From the NCBI GenBank assembly GCA_934777505.1, contig CAKVNM010000001.1, positions 294,419-358,418 on the forward strand: a stretch of 64,000 nucleotides of DNA, given 5' to 3'. The notes beneath the pieces were generated by a model. That model was not told the DNA's origin. It saw only the letters and a program-made list of their open reading frames with translations, and did not search any database. Numbering within the stretch: the stretch's first letter is position 1; the number at the start of each line of letters is the position of its first letter. The translations under genes and the position numbers were made by a program. Origin of the DNA: an uncultured Clostridia bacterium (GTDB lineage Bacteria; Bacillota; Clostridia; Christensenellales; UBA1242). Below are positions 63,931-64,000 of this stretch, one piece after another.

Positions 63931-64000
63931 AAACCCGATACTTTATAATCGTTTTTTTGACCATAATTTTGATTGGACTTGTGGTGGCTGAACAACTTTT
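63927..64000 (+). CDS. small membrane protein, 5' part (runs off window; DUF4363-like position)
   Basis: ATGA overlap with the DUF421 stop and a GGGGG RBS. Translates MKTRYFIIVFLTIILIGLVVAEQL. Confidence 0.45.
   Translation, partial: MKTRYFIIVFLTIILIGLVVAEQL

Overview
AT-rich, gene-dense chromosomal segment that looks like it comes from an endospore-forming low-GC Firmicute (Clostridia-like). Supporting genes are pro-sigma-K (sigK), spoIVA, gpr, a SpoVB-like flippase, a PdaB-like deacetylase and a Ku/LigD NHEJ operon. The housekeeping backbone comprises alr (partial), hisS, asnS, cysS, tRNA-Lys(CUU), RNase P RNA, a CIRCE-controlled hrcA-grpE-dnaK-dnaJ operon followed by rsmE-mtaB-HIT, RNase J, rarA, murI, rpsT, plsY, an MreB-like gene and Ppx/GppA. 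Five things stand out. (1) A compact (~10.5 kb), single-strand, translationally coupled phage-derived cluster at 31.06-41.65 kb. It encodes a sigma-r4/ArpU-like regulator, large terminase, portal, scaffold, HK97-type capsid, three unknown structural proteins and two holin-like proteins. I can recognise no integrase, replication, tail tube/sheath/tape-measure or endolysin genes, and it is flanked by housekeeping genes. It is a candidate domesticated, GTA-like or satellite-like DNA-packaging particle. (2) GrpE carries a ~100-residue N-terminal extension with 26 cysteines, preceded by an unannotated 32-aa Cys-rich ORF wedged between hrcA and grpE. (3) A family of uncharacterised proteins is present as two tandem promoter-gene-terminator cassettes, plus a third divergent copy, around tRNA-Lys. 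(4) A pair of tandem GNAT-like paralogs has an apparently leaderless first gene. (5) A 19-bp perfect inverted repeat with a palindromic core, plus a third near-copy, brackets most of the murI gene. No CRISPR array, rRNA or recognisable transposase was seen. All functional calls come from motif recognition by eye, since no searches could be run.
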